Positions 29,597 to 38,979 of a stretch of 64,000 nucleotides of DNA are shown one piece after another (positions within the stretch are counted from its first letter, which is position 1; each line of letters opens with the position of its first letter). The notes under the pieces were generated by a model, which made no database searches, was not told the DNA's origin, and saw nothing but the letters and a program-made list of their open reading frames with translations. Made by a program: the position numbers and the translations under genes. Source of the stretch: an uncultured Thiomargarita sp. (GTDB taxonomy: Bacteria > Pseudomonadota > Gammaproteobacteria > Beggiatoales > Beggiatoaceae); contig CAZOSP010000004.1 in NCBI GenBank assembly GCA_964582525.1, forward strand, positions 670-64,669. The letters run 5' to 3'.

Positions 29597-29611
29597 CAAT
29601 CTATAGCATTT

Positions 29612-30130
29612 ATGAATGATCAATCCCATTGCTGGCAGCACTATCAAATAGGCTTGCTGGGCATATTCTGCCTATTCATCGCCGCCTGTGCGCAACTCCC
29701 CGCGTCTCCCGAAACAGCAACAGCGCAAAATGTCCCCGGACTACAAACCGAGCGCGGCTTAATTATTACCATGGAGGCGATTTTTTTCGATTTCGACAGT
29801 GCCGAACTGAACGCCGCGGCACGCAAAAAAATCGCCAGCCTCGCCCAGCTTCTTAAGCAAGAAAATAACAATTACATTATCGGCATTGATGGCTACACCG
29901 ACATCATCGGGCAGGAAGATTACAACTTGAACCTGTCTAAACTACGCGCCGACAGCGTTAAAGCCGCATTTATCGCTGCCGGAATCACGCCCGAACGATT
30001 AGACAGCAAAGGCTTTGGGCAATCCGATCCGATTGCCGACAACAGCACCCTAAGCGGACGACAACAAAATCGGCGGGTAGAAATCCTCATATTGCAACCC
30101 TCAGAAATTCAACGCAAGGACGATTTTTGA
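29612..30130 (+). CDS. OmpA-family (Pal-like) lipoprotein
   Basis: It has a lipobox (LFIAAC) and a C-terminal OmpA_C domain (FFDFDSAELNAAARKKI...GYTDIIGQEDYNLNLSKLRADSV...NRRVEI). The start is moved to the ATG at 29612 because the upstream ORF part lies in the dispersed repeat. Confidence 0.85.
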   Translation: MNDQSHCWQHYQIGLLGIFCLFIAACAQLPASPETATAQNVPGLQTERGLIITMEAIFFDFDSAELNAAARKKIASLAQLLKQENNNYIIGIDGYTDIIGQEDYNLNLSKLRADSVKAAFIAAGITPERLDSKGFGQSDPIADNSTLSGRQQNRRVEILILQPSEIQRKDDF

Positions 30131-30921
30131 CGCGCAGCCACTTATGCGTGTGCGCAGCGCGAGCCACTGATGCCGAACACGCACAACACCTCAGCCAGCA
30201 ATTAAAATATCCCTATTGTGACAATTGCGCTGCCGCCGCACAACAGAGCGACTGGTTACTGCATTTTTCCGCGCAAGGCTTAAGTTTGCAAGAAAATCAC
30301 AGCAACACTCAGCTTCGCGTCGATTTTATCAGCGGCAAATCAGCCCATCGGCGGCGTTACGGCGGCGGACGCGGACAACCCCTAGCCCGCGCCGTAGGCT
30401 TAAAAGCCGCACACACGCCGAGCCTGATTGATGCCACCGCCGGCTTAGGGCGCGATGCCTTTGTGCTTGCCAGTCTCGGCTGTACGGTGCAACTTATTGA
30501 ACGCTCACCGATTATCGCCGCTCTACTGGCTGACGGCTTGCGGCGTGCGCAAGCCGACCCTGAGATCGGCGATTGGGTTGCGCAGCGTTTAGCCTTACAT
30601 CAGGGCGACGCATTCGCCTATTTGCAACAACGCACACTTGCCCAATTTCCCGAAGTGATTTACCTTGATCCCATGTACCCGGCACGCAAAAAAACCGCGC
30701 TGGTAAAAAAAGACATGCGCTTGCTTCAGCAGCTTCTCGGACAAGATGAAGACAGCCCAGATGAAGACAGCCCAGCCCTGTTGGAGATGGCTTTACAGCG
30801 AGCGCGGCGGCGGGTAGTGGTGAAACGTCCCAAAGCTGCGCCGCCACTGAGTACGCACCCCCCGGATGTGAGTATTTCCAGCAAAAACACCCGTTTTGAT
30901 ATTTATTTGATGCACTTGTAG
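30127..30921 (+). CDS. rsmJ: 16S rRNA (guanine1516-N2)-methyltransferase
   Basis: DATAGLGRDAFVLASLGCTVQLIERSPIIAALLADGLRRA, VIYLDPMYP and RVVVKRP match the RsmJ (DUF548) family closely. The start is uncertain (TTG 30127 or GTG 30148). Confidence 0.85.
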   Translation: MTRSHLCVCAARATDAEHAQHLSQQLKYPYCDNCAAAAQQSDWLLHFSAQGLSLQENHSNTQLRVDFISGKSAHRRRYGGGRGQPLARAVGLKAAHTPSLIDATAGLGRDAFVLASLGCTVQLIERSPIIAALLADGLRRAQADPEIGDWVAQRLALHQGDAFAYLQQRTLAQFPEVIYLDPMYPARKKTALVKKDMRLLQQLLGQDEDSPDEDSPALLEMALQRARRRVVVKRPKAAPPLSTHPPDVSISSKNTRFDIYLMHL

Positions 30922-31167
30922 CAGCTATTGCGTATTTAGGTGAGAGGGATAGGTGATAGTCTCTGTGGTTTAAACGGCTCTCTAGGAATTTGTGTTGCAA
31001 TCTTGGGTGCAAAGCGAGTGCTAAAGCGGATAAATTTTTGGCAGCACTCCGGACGGAAGTGCTGTCTCATTGATTAAACTCTATTCACTCCAACACAGCT
31101 CTTCCTGAAGAGTCTTATTTTTGCGAGCTGCCTTGCCACAGGTGCGTAAAACCTGTCTGCTTTTCAT

Positions 31168-32106
31168 TCAATCCATGAATAAAGAACTGACAGATTCTTC
31201 TTCACTGATGCGTCGTATGGTTTCTGCTAACATTTCTGCAATACTGAGTTGACGTATTTTAGGGCAGCTTTGCGCTGCTGGACTTAATGGAATGGTGTCT
31301 GTGACAACCAGCTCATCAAGCTGTGAATTGTTAATATTATCAATAGCTTTGCCGGATAACACCGGGTGCGTACAATAAGCCATCACTTGTGCTGCGCCAT
31401 GTTCTTTTAAGGCTTGCGCGGCGTGGCATAGAGTGCCAGCGGTATCCACAAGATCGTCAATCAGCACGCAGGTTCTATCGCGCACGTCACCAATAATGTG
31501 CATCACTCTCGCTTCGTTAGGGCGCGGACGGCGTTTGTCAATAATTGCCAAGTCTGCGTCATCAAGCTGTTTTGCTAAAGCGCGGGCGCGCACTACACCG
31601 CCGACATCGGGCGACACGACCATCAAATTAGGGTGTTTTTTCTTCCAAACATCGCCCAGCAATACCGGGGATGCGTAGATATTATCGACCGGCAAATCAA
31701 AAAAACCTTGAATTTGATCAGCATGTAAATCCATCGTCAAGACGCGATCAGTGCCAACACTGGTAATCATATTGGCGACCACTTTGGCGGTAATCGGGAC
31801 ACGCGCAGAACGCGGGCGGCGATCTTGGCGCGAATAACCAAAATAAGGAATCACGGTGGTGACACGCGCAGCCGAAGCGCGGCGCACTGCGTCAACCAAA
31901 ACCAAGATTTCCATCAGGTGATCATTGGCGGGGGAACAGGTGGGTTGGATGATGAAAACGTCTTTACCACGCACGTTTTCCATGATTTCCACAAAAATTT
32001 CGCCGTCGCTAAAGCGACCTACAGTGGCACGTCCTAGCGGCATGTTCAAATGCGTCGCTACTGACTGGGCAAGCATTGGATTGGCACTACCTGTAAAAAC
32101 AATCAT
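31168..32106 (-). CDS. prs: Ribose-phosphate pyrophosphokinase
   Basis: It starts [20 protein letters not shown]. Other motifs are ...[10 protein letters not shown]..., [11 protein letters not shown] and DDLVDTAGT. The start is taken at the second in-frame ATG. Confidence 0.95.
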   Translation of the reverse strand: MIVFTGSANPMLAQSVATHLNMPLGRATVGRFSDGEIFVEIMENVRGKDVFIIQPTCSPANDHLMEILVLVDAVRRASAARVTTVIPYFGYSRQDRRPRSARVPITAKVVANMITSVGTDRVLTMDLHADQIQGFFDLPVDNIYASPVLLGDVWKKKHPNLMVVSPDVGGVVRARALAKQLDDADLAIIDKRRPRPNEARVMHIIGDVRDRTCVLIDDLVDTAGTLCHAAQALKEHGAAQVMAYCTHPVLSGKAIDNINNSQLDELVVTDTIPLSPAAQSCPKIRQLSIAEMLAETIRRISEEESVSSLFMD

Positions 32107-32226
32107 TCTGTGGTTGATGTGTTTGCCGGAATTCCGGTGTACGCTAATTGGTTTGAGCAAGGTCGTCTCTACTTAATCGTTAAGGCTTCGGTTAGTAGTC
32201 GTTTATGCAGATGTGACTGGAAGAAA

Positions 32227-32301
32227 TGGCTGGGGTGGTAGGATTTGAACCTACGGTACACGGGATCAAAACCCGCTGCCTTACCGCTTGGCTACACCCC
32301 A
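32227..32301 (-). tRNA. tRNA-Gln (anticodon UUG)
   Basis: The reverse complement TGGGGTGTAGCCAAGCGGTAAGGCAGCGGGTTTTGATCCCGTGTACCGTAGGTTCAAATCCTACCACCCCAGCCA folds as a cloverleaf. It has a 7-bp acceptor stem, a GCC/GGC D stem, the anticodon loop UUUUGAU, a GTAGG/CCTAC T stem and an encoded CCA. It is very similar to E. coli tRNA-Gln. Confidence 0.92.
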
Positions 32302-32338
32302 AGGTGTCCTCTGTTTACGAGCGTAAGTGAGGGAGAGA

Positions 32339-33190
32339 TTATAACAGCTTTTGTAAAACAGGTGAAATATTTAAGCCTTGAACCAAGTAACTTTGCCATT
32401 TTTTAGGCATCTGTTGCAAGGCGGCTTGAGCTGCTGCTGCTTGTTGAAAAACGCCAAACACGCAAGCTCCAGTACCCGTTAGACGCGCTCTACTAAACTT
32501 TTTTAGGTTGACTAGTGCGTCTTTAACTTCTTGATAAGCTTGACAAACAACGGCTTCGCAATCATTTTGCGTGGTCTCTAACAAGCTATCCAGTTCAACA
32601 AAGCGCGGCATTATTATAGCTTTTGTATCTCTTGTCAAGTCTTGATGTTGAAAAATAATGCGGGTAGAAATTTCGCAGTTGGGACGCAGGATTAAGTAGT
32701 AAGGTGTTGCTAATTGTTCTATGGGGAAAAATTGCTCGCCGACACCGGTTGCCCAAGTCGCTTTGCCATGCAGAAATACAGGGACATCGGCGCCCAGTTG
32801 TAAACCTAATTGGGCTAATTGCGCGGGCGAGTAATGCAATTGCCACATCTGATTGAGTGCCAGCAGCGTTGTCGCCGCATCAGAGCTGCCGCCACCCAAA
32901 CCGCCGCCGCTCGGAATACGTTTTTCTAGCCAAATATCAACACCTTGCTGACAGGCGGCGGCGTTTTGCAGTAATTTCGCCGCTCGCACGATTAAATTAT
33001 CCGAGGCTGCTACGCCCGGTAATGCGGTGTGCAGCACAATGTCTTTATCGGGGCGCGTTTCAAAGATTAAATCATCTTGTAAATCAATAAATTGAAACAA
33101 GGTTTGCAGGTCATGATAGCCATCTGCACGACGACCGGTAATGTGTAAAAACAAATTGAGTTTAGCGGGTGCAGACCAGATTTCACACAT
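32339..33190 (-). CDS. ispE: 4-diphosphocytidyl-2-C-methyl-D-erythritol kinase
   Basis: It has PAKLNLFLHITGRRADGYH and the GHMP kinase motif PSGGGLGGGSSDAA. The conserved prs-tRNA-Gln-ispE neighbourhood supports the call. Confidence 0.92.
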   Translation of the reverse strand: MCEIWSAPAKLNLFLHITGRRADGYHDLQTLFQFIDLQDDLIFETRPDKDIVLHTALPGVAASDNLIVRAAKLLQNAAACQQGVDIWLEKRIPSGGGLGGGSSDAATTLLALNQMWQLHYSPAQLAQLGLQLGADVPVFLHGKATWATGVGEQFFPIEQLATPYYLILRPNCEISTRIIFQHQDLTRDTKAIIMPRFVELDSLLETTQNDCEAVVCQAYQEVKDALVNLKKFSRARLTGTGACVFGVFQQAAAAQAALQQMPKKWQSYLVQGLNISPVLQKLL

Positions 33191-33448
33191 GTCAAAATTC
33201 CTTTTTTAACACAGATAGTTAGATTCCCTTTATAGCCCACCAGACAATCTTAACAAAAAATCCCCTTGTGGCAGATCGGAAAAGCTCATGGCTAACAGCA
33301 TATCAGCAGTTGAAGTTACCTTTTTCAAAGTTTTCAGAATAATAGGCATTTCATAAACCTTTCATATTCTTTTTATATCCTTGTCCGTTGCTTGCGTGTG
33401 CAAGCAACCCCGCATACCGCCAATGTCGGCTTAACTCTGGATAAGAAT

Positions 33449-34762
33449 ATGCTTGATACAATCGCCTCTTTAACGCTCAAAATTCCTGCCATTACGCCCC
33501 AGACTACGGTCAACGATGTGGCGCAACTGTTTTTAAGTGAGGAAACGAAGCATCTGCTGTCGCTGCCCATTATAGATGATGGCAAACCGATTGGACTCAT
33601 CAGCCGTTATGATTTGAATAAGGTGTATCTGAAAATGTACGGGCGTGAATTGTATGGCAGGCAGTCAATTACCAAGCTTATGACTAAGGCGGTTGTGGTG
33701 GAGAAACAACAACCGATTGAAGCCGCCAGCCAATACATTACGCGCCATATCCGTTTTCCGATTATGGAAGATTTTGTGGTCACGGAAAATGAACAGTATA
33801 TCGGCGTAGGCATTGTGCTGGACTTATTGAAGGCGATGGAAAAGCGCGTTTTGCAGCGTACTAAAGAGTTATCAAGAGCCTATCAAAGCCTGAAAGAATC
33901 TCAAGCACAGCTGGTACAGTCAGAAAAAATGGCATCACTAGGACAGATGGTGGCAGGTGTGGCGCACGAAATTAATACGCCGCTGGGCTATGTGCGCAAC
34001 AATATAGAAGTCACTCACGGTTTGTTTGATCAAACAAAGGCGTTGATTGAAAACTATGACAAGTTGGTTGAGTTGCTTACCGCCGAAGACATGGACGAGG
34101 AAACGCTCGGTGAGCAGTTAGAATTAGTCAGCGAAATGAGCGAGCCATTTCGTGAGGACGATTTGCTGGAATCTATGCAGGAACTTTTTAATGATTCCTT
34201 ATATGGCGTTGATCAAATCGCAGAATTGGTGCTGAACTTAAAAGATTTTAGTCGTCTAGATCAAGCCTTAACTGACAATGTAAACTTAAATCAATGTGTT
34301 GATAGTGCTTTGAATATTGGTAAAAATATTCTTAAGTATAAGGTTACTGTTAAAAAGCAGTATAGCGAATTGCCGCCCTTAAAATGCGCCCCGTCGCAAC
34401 TCAATCAGGTGTTTTTGAATTTATTGACTAATGCGGCGCAGGCGATCAAAGACAAGGGTTTTATTTGGATCAAAACTTGGACAGAAAATAACTGGGCGCA
34501 TGTGTCTATCCAAGATAACGGTAAGGGCATTCCGCCCGATGTATTGAAAAAAGTCTTTGATCCTTTTTTTACCACCAAGCCGGTGGGTGAAGGCACGGGG
34601 CTGGGTTTGTCAATAAGCTATAAAATTATTGAGCAGCATCACGGGCAAATTAAAGTCGCTTCGGAAGTGGGTAAAGGCACAAAATTCTTAATCAGCCTGC
34701 CCTTAAACCCTGACAGCGCACTACCCAATACAGCCGATGTGCAACAACAGGTTGACGAGTAA
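33449..34762 (+). CDS. CBS-pair sensor histidine kinase
   Basis: An N-terminal CBS pair is followed by an H-box (MASLGQMVAGVAHEINTPLGYV), an N-box (QVFLNLLTNAAQA) and G-boxes (DNGKGIP, GTGLGLSISY). The start is taken at the ATG at 33449. Confidence 0.85.
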   Translation: MLDTIASLTLKIPAITPQTTVNDVAQLFLSEETKHLLSLPIIDDGKPIGLISRYDLNKVYLKMYGRELYGRQSITKLMTKAVVVEKQQPIEAASQYITRHIRFPIMEDFVVTENEQYIGVGIVLDLLKAMEKRVLQRTKELSRAYQSLKESQAQLVQSEKMASLGQMVAGVAHEINTPLGYVRNNIEVTHGLFDQTKALIENYDKLVELLTAEDMDEETLGEQLELVSEMSEPFREDDLLESMQELFNDSLYGVDQIAELVLNLKDFSRLDQALTDNVNLNQCVDSALNIGKNILKYKVTVKKQYSELPPLKCAPSQLNQVFLNLLTNAAQAIKDKGFIWIKTWTENNWAHVSIQDNGKGIPPDVLKKVFDPFFTTKPVGEGTGLGLSISYKIIEQHHGQIKVASEVGKGTKFLISLPLNPDSALPNTADVQQQVDE

Positions 34763-34782
34763 CCGTTCAGCTACACCCGCTC

Positions 34783-34816
34783 AACCTTGCAGGTTCTGAA
34801 AACCTGTAAAGTTTTT
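34783..34816 (+). terminator. Hairpin plus T-run (variant of the palindromic element family), likely intrinsic terminator
   Basis: AACCTTGCAGGTTCTGAAAACCTGTAAAGTTTTT lies 20 nt after the kinase stop codon. Confidence 0.5.
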
Positions 34817-34927
34817 AATGGGGGAACGCTTGCGACCGCGAAGCTGTGACTGCATCGCTGGCTTAATCAGTTTATTTCTAATAAAATAATGGCTTAATGG
34901 ATGCGCAATAAAACCAGTGGAGTATTT

Positions 34928-35935
34928 ATGAGTGATAAACCGACGATTTTGTTTGTCGATGACGAAGAACGCATTTTACGTTCGTTGAAAATGCTGTTCA
35001 TGGGCAAATTTAAGGTCAAAACGACCACCGATGGGCATGAGGCAATCGACATCTTAAAAAACGAAACTGTCCATGTACTGGTCAGCGATCAACGTATGCC
35101 CAACATGACCGGCGTTGAGGTGTTGCGCGAAGCGCGCAATACCTCGCCCAACACCATGCGTTTATTATTAACCGGCTATTCAGATTTAGCCGCGATTGTC
35201 GGCTCAGTGAATGATGGCGAGATTTTTCGTTACGTCAATAAGCCTTGGAAAAGCGAAGAAATCAAAAGCATTATTGAGCAAGCGGCGCAAATTGCCATAC
35301 AACTTGACAGCAACGCCCAGCAAGAAAAAGCCAAAGCACTGGCTCAAGCCGCTACAGCCGCCACCGCTAAAATCAGCAGCGCGGAAAGCAGCGAAAATAC
35401 AAGCGAAAATACAGATGCGCTGAGAATTTTGGTATTAGATGACGAGCCTACTACTTACGAAATTATTTTAGAGCTGATCAAAGACCCTAAACGCCTGCAT
35501 TGGAGCAAAGATACCGAAGATGCTTTTGCGCATTTAAGTCAAGAAAACGTCTCTATTGTGGTCTCTGAGGTGCGCATCAAAGATGAAGATATTAGCGCGC
35601 CTTTGAAGAGTCTCAAGCGTTACAACCCCAACATATTGACCCTAGTGCTAACCTCTTTTCAAGACACCAAGTCTTTGATTGAACTCATTAACTATGGTCA
35701 AGTCTATCGTTTTTTACCAAAACCCATCCACAAAGGTTTGCTGGAAAAAAGCCTGCGTGCGGCGATGCAGCATTACCGTGCTATGGAAGCCCGCCCAGAA
35801 TTGCTCATGCGCCATGCGGTTGAAAAACCGAAAGAAGAAGAGGAAATGGCAAGTAGCAGCATCTCTAATAAGGTGATGGGATACCTGAAAAAAATCCGCG
35901 CCCGTCGGCAGACGCAAGCGGGTGCATTGCATTAG
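34928..35935 (+). CDS. Two-receiver-domain response regulator (second REC apparently degenerate)
   Basis: REC1 reads ILFVDDEERIL...VLVSDQRMPNMTG...LLLTGY. After an Ala/Ser-rich linker, REC2 reads ILVLDDEPT...IVVSEVRI...LVLTSF, with Glu at the phospho-acceptor position. Confidence 0.8.
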   Translation: MSDKPTILFVDDEERILRSLKMLFMGKFKVKTTTDGHEAIDILKNETVHVLVSDQRMPNMTGVEVLREARNTSPNTMRLLLTGYSDLAAIVGSVNDGEIFRYVNKPWKSEEIKSIIEQAAQIAIQLDSNAQQEKAKALAQAATAATAKISSAESSENTSENTDALRILVLDDEPTTYEIILELIKDPKRLHWSKDTEDAFAHLSQENVSIVVSEVRIKDEDISAPLKSLKRYNPNILTLVLTSFQDTKSLIELINYGQVYRFLPKPIHKGLLEKSLRAAMQHYRAMEARPELLMRHAVEKPKEEEEMASSSISNKVMGYLKKIRARRQTQAGALH

Positions 35936-36016
35936 CATTCGCGTTCGCGCCGCAAAAAGACGTGGCGCAAACCCTACTGGACTGCCTGAAACCTGAAGCT
36001 CGGGATATTTTTAAGT
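35934..36016. repeat. REP-like B half-element plus the start of the 105-bp module
   Basis: AGCATTCGCGTTCGCGCCGCAAAAAGACGTGGCGCAAACCCTAC is followed by CTGCCTGAAACCTGAAGCTCGGGATATTTTTAAGT. It begins directly at the stop codon of the regulator gene. The module tail TTTCTGGCAGCTATGGGGG reappears at about 36097. Confidence 0.75.
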
Positions 36017-36036
36017 CACCGTTTAGTCCCCCGCAC

Positions 36037-36072
36037 AAAACCTGACAGGTCTTTGAGACCTGTCAGGTTTTT
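36037..36072 (+). terminator. Perfect 14-bp-stem hairpin plus T-run
   Basis: The sequence is AAAACCTGACAGGTCTTTGAGACCTGTCAGGTTTTT. Confidence 0.55.
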
Positions 36073-36205
36073 ACTGAGAGGGGTGTGAATGCTGACTTTC
36101 TGGCAGCTATGGGGGTAAACTGTCCACTGCTTTTGGACGAATATGGAGAAAGTCATTTCGATGAGTTATTTTTTCAAACTCGATAGTTTGCTATAAAATC
36201 TCTGC

Positions 36206-37984
36206 ATGACTTCTCTAAATCGCTCCACCTCTCTGTATTTACGCCTGCTCACCTATGTTAAACCTTACTGGCGCGTGTTCGCGCTGGTGATTTTTGCAAT
36301 GGTCATCACTGCCATTACTGAGCCGCTCATTCCCGCCTTGCTTAAACCCTTATTAGACGGCGGCTTTGTCGAAAAAGACCCAGCGGTGATTAAAACCATC
36401 CCGCTGTTGTTAATCATCATCGCCCTGCTGCGCGGCGTGGCAACTTATGTGAGCCAAGTAGGACTGGCTTGGGTTGCCAGCAAAGTGGTCAAAGACCTGC
36501 GCCGCGACTTGTTTGAACGTCTCCTCAGCTTGCCCACTACTACTTTTGACAATACGTCATCAGGCGCGCTACTGTCGAAAGTCACCTACGATGTGAACCG
36601 CGTGATGCTCGCTACTACTGACGCGCTGCTGGTGTTGGTGCGCGACAGCCTCGCGGTGCTGGGACTGCTGGCGTGGATGTTTTACTTAAACTGGCAGCTT
36701 TCGCTGCTGGTGTTTACTATCCTGCCGCTGATTATTGTGATTGTGAAAATCGCCAGCAAGCATCTGCGCCGCGATAATCTTTCCATGCAAACGGCGATGG
36801 GCGATATGACGCGGATTCTCGAAGAGGCTATCAGCGGACATAAGCTGGTCAAGGTGTTTCGTGGACAGGTTTATGAAGCCCAGCGTTTTGAAGATGCCAA
36901 CGGGCGTGTGCAGAAATTTGAAGTGCGCACCAAAGCTGTTTCACATTTGAGCATTTTTCTGGTGCAAATGCTCACCGCCGCCGCGCTAGCAGTGATTATT
37001 TATATCGCCGCACTATTGTCTGAACAGGATCAGCTATCAGTCGGCAGCTTTATTTCTTTGTTCACCGCAATGGGCATGTTATTCGCGCCGATTAAACGTC
37101 TCACCAAAGTCAACGAGCAAATACAGCAAGGCTTAGCAGCCGCGCAGAGCGTCTTTGAACTGATGGATAAAGCCATTGAAACAGACTCAGAGGTCACGCT
37201 TGTTGAAGCCGTAAACACGCGCAGCGCGGTTGTGTTGAGCGGTTCGGTCAGCTTCCAACAGGTGGATTTTTGCTATGCTGGCACAGCGCAAACAGTACTG
37301 CACGACATTAATTTGCACGTGAGCGCGGGGGAGAGCATCGCGCTAGTGGGCACCTCAGGCAGCGGCAAAACGACGCTGGCAAATTTGCTGGCGCGGTTTT
37401 ACGACATTCCACGCGGACACCTATCGTTTGATGGTATTGATATTAATGATTTACCACTGCGCGATTTACGCGATAACCTCGCACTGGTCAGCCAAGATGT
37501 GGTTTTGTTCAACGACACAGTGGCGGCTAATATTGCTTACGGCGGCATGGCGCACAGCTCCCGCGCCGCTATTGAGCAAGCCGCGCAAGCGGCTTATGCA
37601 ATGGATTTTATTCAGGCTATGCCGCAGGGTTTGGATACCATGATTGGCGAGCGCGGCGTGAAGTTGTCGGGCGGACAACGCCAACGCCTGGCTATCGCCC
37701 GTGCTTTGCTCAAGGACGCGCCTATTTTGATTTTTGATGAAGCGACTTCAGCACTGGATACACAAGCCGAACAACAGGTGCAAGCCTCTCTCGAAAAACT
37801 GCAAAAAAATCGCACCACCTTTATCATTGCGCATCGCCTTTCGACGATTGAAAAAGCGGATCGCATTGTGGTGATGGAAAACGGGCGCATTGTTGAAATG
37901 GGCAAGCATCAAGACTTGCTGCAAGCGGGGGGCGCGTATGCCAAGCTATATCAGGCACAACACGCGCTGCAAGATTTTTGTTAA
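36206..37984 (+). CDS. msbA: Lipid A export ATP-binding/permease protein
   Basis: 592 aa. It has a six-TM ABC exporter domain followed by an NBD with Walker A (GTSGSGKTT), the signature LSGGQRQRLAIARA and Walker B (ILIFDEATSALD). The msbA assignment rests on typical length and layout only. Confidence 0.8.
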   Translation: MTSLNRSTSLYLRLLTYVKPYWRVFALVIFAMVITAITEPLIPALLKPLLDGGFVEKDPAVIKTIPLLLIIIALLRGVATYVSQVGLAWVASKVVKDLRRDLFERLLSLPTTTFDNTSSGALLSKVTYDVNRVMLATTDALLVLVRDSLAVLGLLAWMFYLNWQLSLLVFTILPLIIVIVKIASKHLRRDNLSMQTAMGDMTRILEEAISGHKLVKVFRGQVYEAQRFEDANGRVQKFEVRTKAVSHLSIFLVQMLTAAALAVIIYIAALLSEQDQLSVGSFISLFTAMGMLFAPIKRLTKVNEQIQQGLAAAQSVFELMDKAIETDSEVTLVEAVNTRSAVVLSGSVSFQQVDFCYAGTAQTVLHDINLHVSAGESIALVGTSGSGKTTLANLLARFYDIPRGHLSFDGIDINDLPLRDLRDNLALVSQDVVLFNDTVAANIAYGGMAHSSRAAIEQAAQAAYAMDFIQAMPQGLDTMIGERGVKLSGGQRQRLAIARALLKDAPILIFDEATSALDTQAEQQVQASLEKLQKNRTTFIIAHRLSTIEKADRIVVMENGRIVEMGKHQDLLQAGGAYAKLYQAQHALQDFC

Positions 37985-38002
37985 ACGACGCGCATTTCGT
38001 AA

Positions 38003-38065
38003 AGCTGCTAGGTTTTCAAAACCTAGAAGCTTTCTGGCATTATTACGAGTATATTGTGGTTATTC
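38003..38065. repeat. CTAGG-hairpin palindromic element with one extended arm
   Basis: The hairpin is AGCTGCTAGGTTTTCAAAACCTAGAAGCT. The arm TTTCTGGCATTATT...TTGTGGTTATTC follows and is related to the reverse complement of 48167..48197. The element fills the gap between convergent msbA and rnfA. Confidence 0.75.
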
Positions 38066-38638
38066 TTAAGCTAATCCTGCAAAGCCCATAAACGCCAGCG
38101 ATAACAGTCCTGCAACGATGTAGGCAATCGGTGCGCCTTTGAAGGCATCTGGCACTGCTGCCAATGCCAGCCGCTCGCGTAAACCGGCAAACATCAGCAG
38201 CACCAGCGTGAAACCCAGCGCGGAACCAAACCCGTATAGTAGGCTTTCGATAAAACTGTTTTCCTGTTGCACATTCAGCAAAGCCACCCCCAGCACTGCG
38301 CAGTTGGTGGTAATTAGGGGTAAGAAAATACCCAAGACTTGATACAGGGCGGGTGAAGTTTTGCGCACCACCATTTCGGTAAACTGCACGACGACGGCAA
38401 TCACTAAAATAAAGGTCAAAATTCTTAAAAATCCTAGATTTAGCGGTGCTAAAACAAAGTGTTCTAGAATCCAACCGGCAAACGCCGCCAAGGTCAACAC
38501 AAAGGTCGTTGCCAAGCCCATGCCCAGTGCTGAATCGAGTTTGTTGGATACGCCCATCAAGGGGCAAAGTCCTAAAAATTTGACCAGCACGACGTTGTTG
38601 ACCAGCGCGGTGGAAAGGATGATAAGGAAATATTCCAT
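38066..38638 (-). CDS. rnfA: Electron transport complex (Rnf/Rsx) subunit A
   Basis: [31 protein letters not shown]...[16 protein letters not shown] is a near-canonical RnfA/RsxA sequence with 6 TM segments. The start is at the ATG at 38638, preceded by AGGAA. Confidence 0.92.
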   Translation of the reverse strand: MEYFLIILSTALVNNVVLVKFLGLCPLMGVSNKLDSALGMGLATTFVLTLAAFAGWILEHFVLAPLNLGFLRILTFILVIAVVVQFTEMVVRKTSPALYQVLGIFLPLITTNCAVLGVALLNVQQENSFIESLLYGFGSALGFTLVLLMFAGLRERLALAAVPDAFKGAPIAYIVAGLLSLAFMGFAGLA

Positions 38639-38682
38639 GTTGAATGTTCCTGCTTGAAGGGCTGAAAATGCTAAAGGTAGCC

Positions 38683-38698
38683 ACAATATCTATGCCAG
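38683..38698 (-). promoter_or_regulatory. Weak candidate sigma-54 (-24/-12) promoter for rnfA
   Basis: The minus strand reads CTGGCATAGATATTGTGG, i.e. TGGCAT-N5-TTGT. The GG is present but the -12 element is GT rather than the consensus GC. It lies about 45 nt upstream of the rnfA ATG. Confidence 0.3.
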
Positions 38699-38813
38699 TG
38701 CTTTATGCCTTCAAACAAAGCTTTGCTATTGTTTGATTTATAAGATTTTTATGGAGACTCTTAAGTCATATTGCCCATCGTTACAAGTAAACGGGATGAA
38801 AAATAGCGCGGAT

Positions 38814-38862
38814 TGTATTTATCTTGACAATTCCTTCTTTGCTATTTGTAGATTTTCTTACA
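38814..38862. promoter_or_regulatory. Two TGT-N10-ACA motifs (NifA upstream-activator-sequence consensus)
   Basis: TGTATTTATCTTGACA lies at 38814..38829 and TGTAGATTTTCTTACA at 38847..38862. They are 33 bp apart, in the rnfA-nifL divergent intergenic region. Confidence 0.45.
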
Positions 38863-38884
38863 AAAAACCGATAAACACCCTCTC

Positions 38885-38917
38885 AAACCTTCTAAGTTTT
38901 TGAAACCTAGAAGGTTT
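38885..38917. repeat. CTAGG-hairpin palindrome (short copy)
   Basis: The sequence is AAACCTTCTAAGTTTTTGAAACCTAGAAGGTTT. Confidence 0.75.
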
Positions 38918-38923
38918 AGCGCA

Positions 38924-38940
38924 TGGTATAAATCTCGCTT
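38924..38940 (+). promoter_or_regulatory. Candidate promoter for nifLA: GG-N10-GC (-24/-12-like), alternatively an extended -10 sigma-70 element
   Basis: ATGGTATAAATCTCGCTT has GG at 38925-26 and GC at 38937-38, the correct sigma-54 spacing, and TGGTAT as in some nif promoters. The same bases read TGgTATAAA (extended -10). It lies about 40 nt upstream of the nifL ATG. Confidence 0.35.
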
Positions 38941-38979
38941 GAAGCGCAAGCCTGTGTAAAAAACAATGGGGTATTCCAC

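Noticed and set aside
38043-38684. 213-aa ORF on the minus strand overlapping rnfA in another frame
   Set aside because: The alternative frame gives a canonical RnfA. This frame is Arg/Cys-rich nonsense.
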